A DNA stretch of 64,000 nt, from contig NW_005434672.1 of assembly GCF_000315625.1 (NCBI RefSeq), forward strand, positions 1,023,374 to 1,087,373, written 5' to 3'. Below the pieces are notes generated by a model. It did no database searches. It was not told the origin of the DNA and worked only from the letters and a program-made list of their open reading frames with translations. The position numbers were made by a program, and so were the translations under genes. The stretch's first letter is position 1. Each line of letters starts with the position of its first letter. Origin of the DNA: Guillardia theta CCMP2712. Taxonomy: Eukaryota > Protista > Cryptophyta. This document shows, piece after piece, positions 61,341-64,000 of the stretch.

Positions 61341-62024
61341 GGTTGAATTTAGAAGACAGGGATGTTCAAGTGAGCGAAAAATGCCCCAGCCGTGAAACAA
61401 GGGCAGTTTTACTGCGAGGCAACAACACTTTGATATCAAGTAAACTTGAGCGAGTTCAACAGTAAGACATCACATAGCTTTCTTGCTACAATCCCTGGTT
61501 GCTCCTACCAGTCCCACACTCAACTCCATGAAAACGCAGAACTTACACACGTTCTTCGCATATCAAAGATAATACTTGAACAAGCCTCTCTTTCCCTTCT
61601 CCTCTCTGAAGTAACCATCCCTCCTCGCACATCTCCACTGCAAGGTTATCAGCATGCATTCCGCCGCCCACGGGTGGGACGGGAAAAGGGTGGGGATGGT
61701 ACTCCACCCCTGGTCTTCAGCCTCCTTCCGGTTACCAAAATGACCGGTATTTTTCTTTGAAAATTGAAGGGGGTTGGGTGGGGTGGAGTTGTGGGGTTGG
61801 AGGATTTTTGTATGGGCTGGCCTGACACTGCCTTTGAAATGTTGGGGTAGGGTGCTCAATTTTTCTGAAAATACCCCTCATTTCAAAGGTAAAGAGGGGG
61901 TAGGTGAAAAATCGAGAATGATCGTTGAAACGAGGGGTAGGGTGGTAAGGACATTGCAGATCATCTCAAGCCGAGAAGGGGATGAACGAGAGGCGAAAAA
62001 CGACTTTGATGTAACACCTGTATC

Positions 62025-62110
62025 AAGATGTTGATGTAGCCATATGTTGATGTAGCCATGTGTCCATGTAGTCAGATGTTGATGTAGTCAGATGTTGATG
62101 TAGCCAAATG
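62025..62110. repeat. Degenerate tandem repeat of a unit of about 16 nt (gatgttgatgtagc/tca)
   Basis: About 5 imperfect copies seen directly. Confidence 0.75.
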
Positions 62111-62452
62111 TAAATGTATCCTGATGATGTTGTAGCTTCCTGGGATCCTTTGGTTTTGATCAATAACAGAGGTTACGACTCGAATGTTGAGGCTAAATGC
62201 TGTGTCAGGTATGGTCATTACAGTCTTGTTGTATCCGATAAAGTTGTGGCCGAATTCTAGGTGTTAGCAAGCTCAGACACACATGAAACCATTCCGTTGA
62301 AGTTGTATGTGAGAGATAATTTCAGAGCGCTTACAACCTCGAGCCAACCGACCTTGTAGCTGAACCTGCAAGACAGAGAAATGGTTTCACTGAGGTGTAA
62401 TCATCTTCTTTTATCAATATTCGAAAAATGCATCTATAGATTATTCTAGAAT

Positions 62453-63475
62453 TTAATGGTGTTCCTTTGATGGATCGTGGAAGTGGAACTTCGATGCTCC
62501 AAGCAATCCCATGACATAATCGAAGATACCGAATTGTCCAGCTGTGAGGGTGCCGATCATGACACAACGAGCGCCCAAACCCTGAGTGCAGAGCTTGACG
62601 ATTCCAGTTTCCTTTGCGATGTTGACCAAACGAGTCATAGTGCCACCACTGCCTCCGGCTCCAGCCTTGTTGATCTTGGAAAGAAGAGTGTCCGCAGGGT
62701 GAGAAATGATAGCTGCCGCAACACCAGCAATGACACCAGATCCCAAAGAAACAGACACATTTCCAGCCTTCGACATCTGCTCCGGAGAGCTTCCCATTGC
62801 TGCGTAGATCTTCTCTGCAGCTGCACCCTGAACAGCGAACTTCGCCATGGTGTACGGAACCTGCTTGAAGAGGATGGGTCCGAATCCAGCATAAAAACCA
62901 CCAAGAATTCCCTCTTCTTTTCCCATCTTCATCATGGCGCTAGCCATGCTGGGCGCGTATGATGGGTTGGAAACAAGGCGGATACGTGTGGCCTCCAAGG
63001 GGCAAAGGAAGATATCAGCGATGAACTCAGCGAGGGCAGATGCTCCAAGATAAATGCCACTGCGCTGTGCCCAGGCCCTTTCAGGTCCAAGAGCCTCAGC
63101 GGTCTTGATCTTAAACAATTCAACACCACCAAACTTGAACCATCCTTGAATGAAATAACCTGTTGCCGTTGGTCCAAATCCAGTGAGAAGTGCACCAGCA
63201 CCCTCACCTTCAATAACCTGCTTGAAACCAGCAATCATGCCCTTATTGTACTTGGCAGGATCAAGCTGCATGCGGGTCTTCACCACATCAACAGGGGTGA
63301 GAGCACCGTGGGTGATACCGCAACAGATGCCTCCAGACAAAGCACCCTTGATGTAGTACATCAAATTGTACTTATTGCTCTCCGCAGCAGATGGGATCCT
63401 CATGCTGGGTGGGAGGACGCTGCTGTAGACCTCGCGGGGGAGGTTGAGCGCTGCATTCTTGTTGGAGTTCGCCAT
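62453..63475 (-). CDS. Mitochondrial phosphate carrier (SLC25A3/MIR1/PIC2 family), intronless
   Basis: GGICCGITHGALTPVDVVKTRMQ, GYFIQGWFKFGG, AEFIADIFLCPLEATRIRLV, KQVPYTMAKF and AAIISHPADTLLSK. Confidence 0.93.
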   Translation of the reverse strand: MANSNKNAALNLPREVYSSVLPPSMRIPSAAESNKYNLMYYIKGALSGGICCGITHGALTPVDVVKTRMQLDPAKYNKGMIAGFKQVIEGEGAGALLTGFGPTATGYFIQGWFKFGGVELFKIKTAEALGPERAWAQRSGIYLGASALAEFIADIFLCPLEATRIRLVSNPSYAPSMASAMMKMGKEEGILGGFYAGFGPILFKQVPYTMAKFAVQGAAAEKIYAAMGSSPEQMSKAGNVSVSLGSGVIAGVAAAIISHPADTLLSKINKAGAGGSGGTMTRLVNIAKETGIVKLCTQGLGARCVMIGTLTAGQFGIFDYVMGLLGASKFHFHDPSKEHH

Positions 63476-64000
63476 GTTGCTCGTGCTCTCGTACGTGGTA
63501 GGGTGCCCACCTACCACTGAAGAATGCCCCAACAAAGACCCTACCCCAGGACGTACAGTCCTTGTCGTTTTGGGTAGGTAGGGGTGGAATTCAGTCTGAA
63601 AAGAGGAGGTTAGAGTAAGAGTAGTGGCATATTGAATATTGGAATATTAGAGAAAATTCCTTTCTATACCCATATCCTTATGTCTTAGTGTGTGCGGTGA
63701 ACGCCACACCCCCCATGTAAATGTGTCATGGAGTCCCCTACCCACATTCGAGAACCCCCTGCTCTCCACACCCTGGGATGCTATCACCCCACCCGTGCTT
63801 AGACTTGAGACAGACCGCGGCACATACGACCTCTACACCCCCTACCCCACAAAACCCTCTATCTGAAATACCCACCCCTGTCTTTGTATCCACCCCCCTG
63901 CCTATAGTTCACCCTCCAGACACCTCGTTCTGTTGCTTGAAAAGTACTACCCCCTTGGTTGGACATTGACGGCATTGGTGGGTACCCACCCCCTCCGTCC

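Noticed and set aside
62025-62110. Short repeated units as a possible CRISPR array
   Set aside because: Eukaryotic context, tandem units without unique spacers, and no cas genes.

Overview
Gene-dense eukaryotic nuclear DNA with many short (about 45-60 nt) GT-AG introns, microsatellite-filled longer introns, and several proteins with bipartite signal+transit presequences (AF/GF/SF cleavage motifs). This is consistent with an alga with a complex red plastid, most likely a cryptophyte such as Guillardia (inference). Recognisable genes are NCKAP1/NAP1, BABAM1/MERIT40, MED10, a signal-peptide-bearing SLC25 carrier, GET4, an NSUN2/Trm4-like methyltransferase, UGGT, selenoprotein K, chlP, TOP3A, a CtpA-type protease, ERp29, CFAP96, an F-box/C2H2 protein, YggS/PLPBP, SEH1 and a mitochondrial phosphate carrier. 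There are two accessory regions: a cluster of near-identical DDE-less CENP-B/pogo-type double-HTH genes (18-24 kb), and a PIF/Harbinger transposase tail-to-tail with duplicated RWP-RK genes (43.8-47.4 kb). The most notable feature, missed by the ORF track, is a three-exon selenoprotein K ending PPMPGG-U-G-stop. It has an in-frame UGA, a well-formed downstream SECIS hairpin with a CUGA core, and an unusual long N-terminal signal/transit-like extension with a ubiquitin-tail-like LRLTGG motif. Gene identities come from recognising motifs by eye, not from database searches, and exon boundaries were hand-derived.
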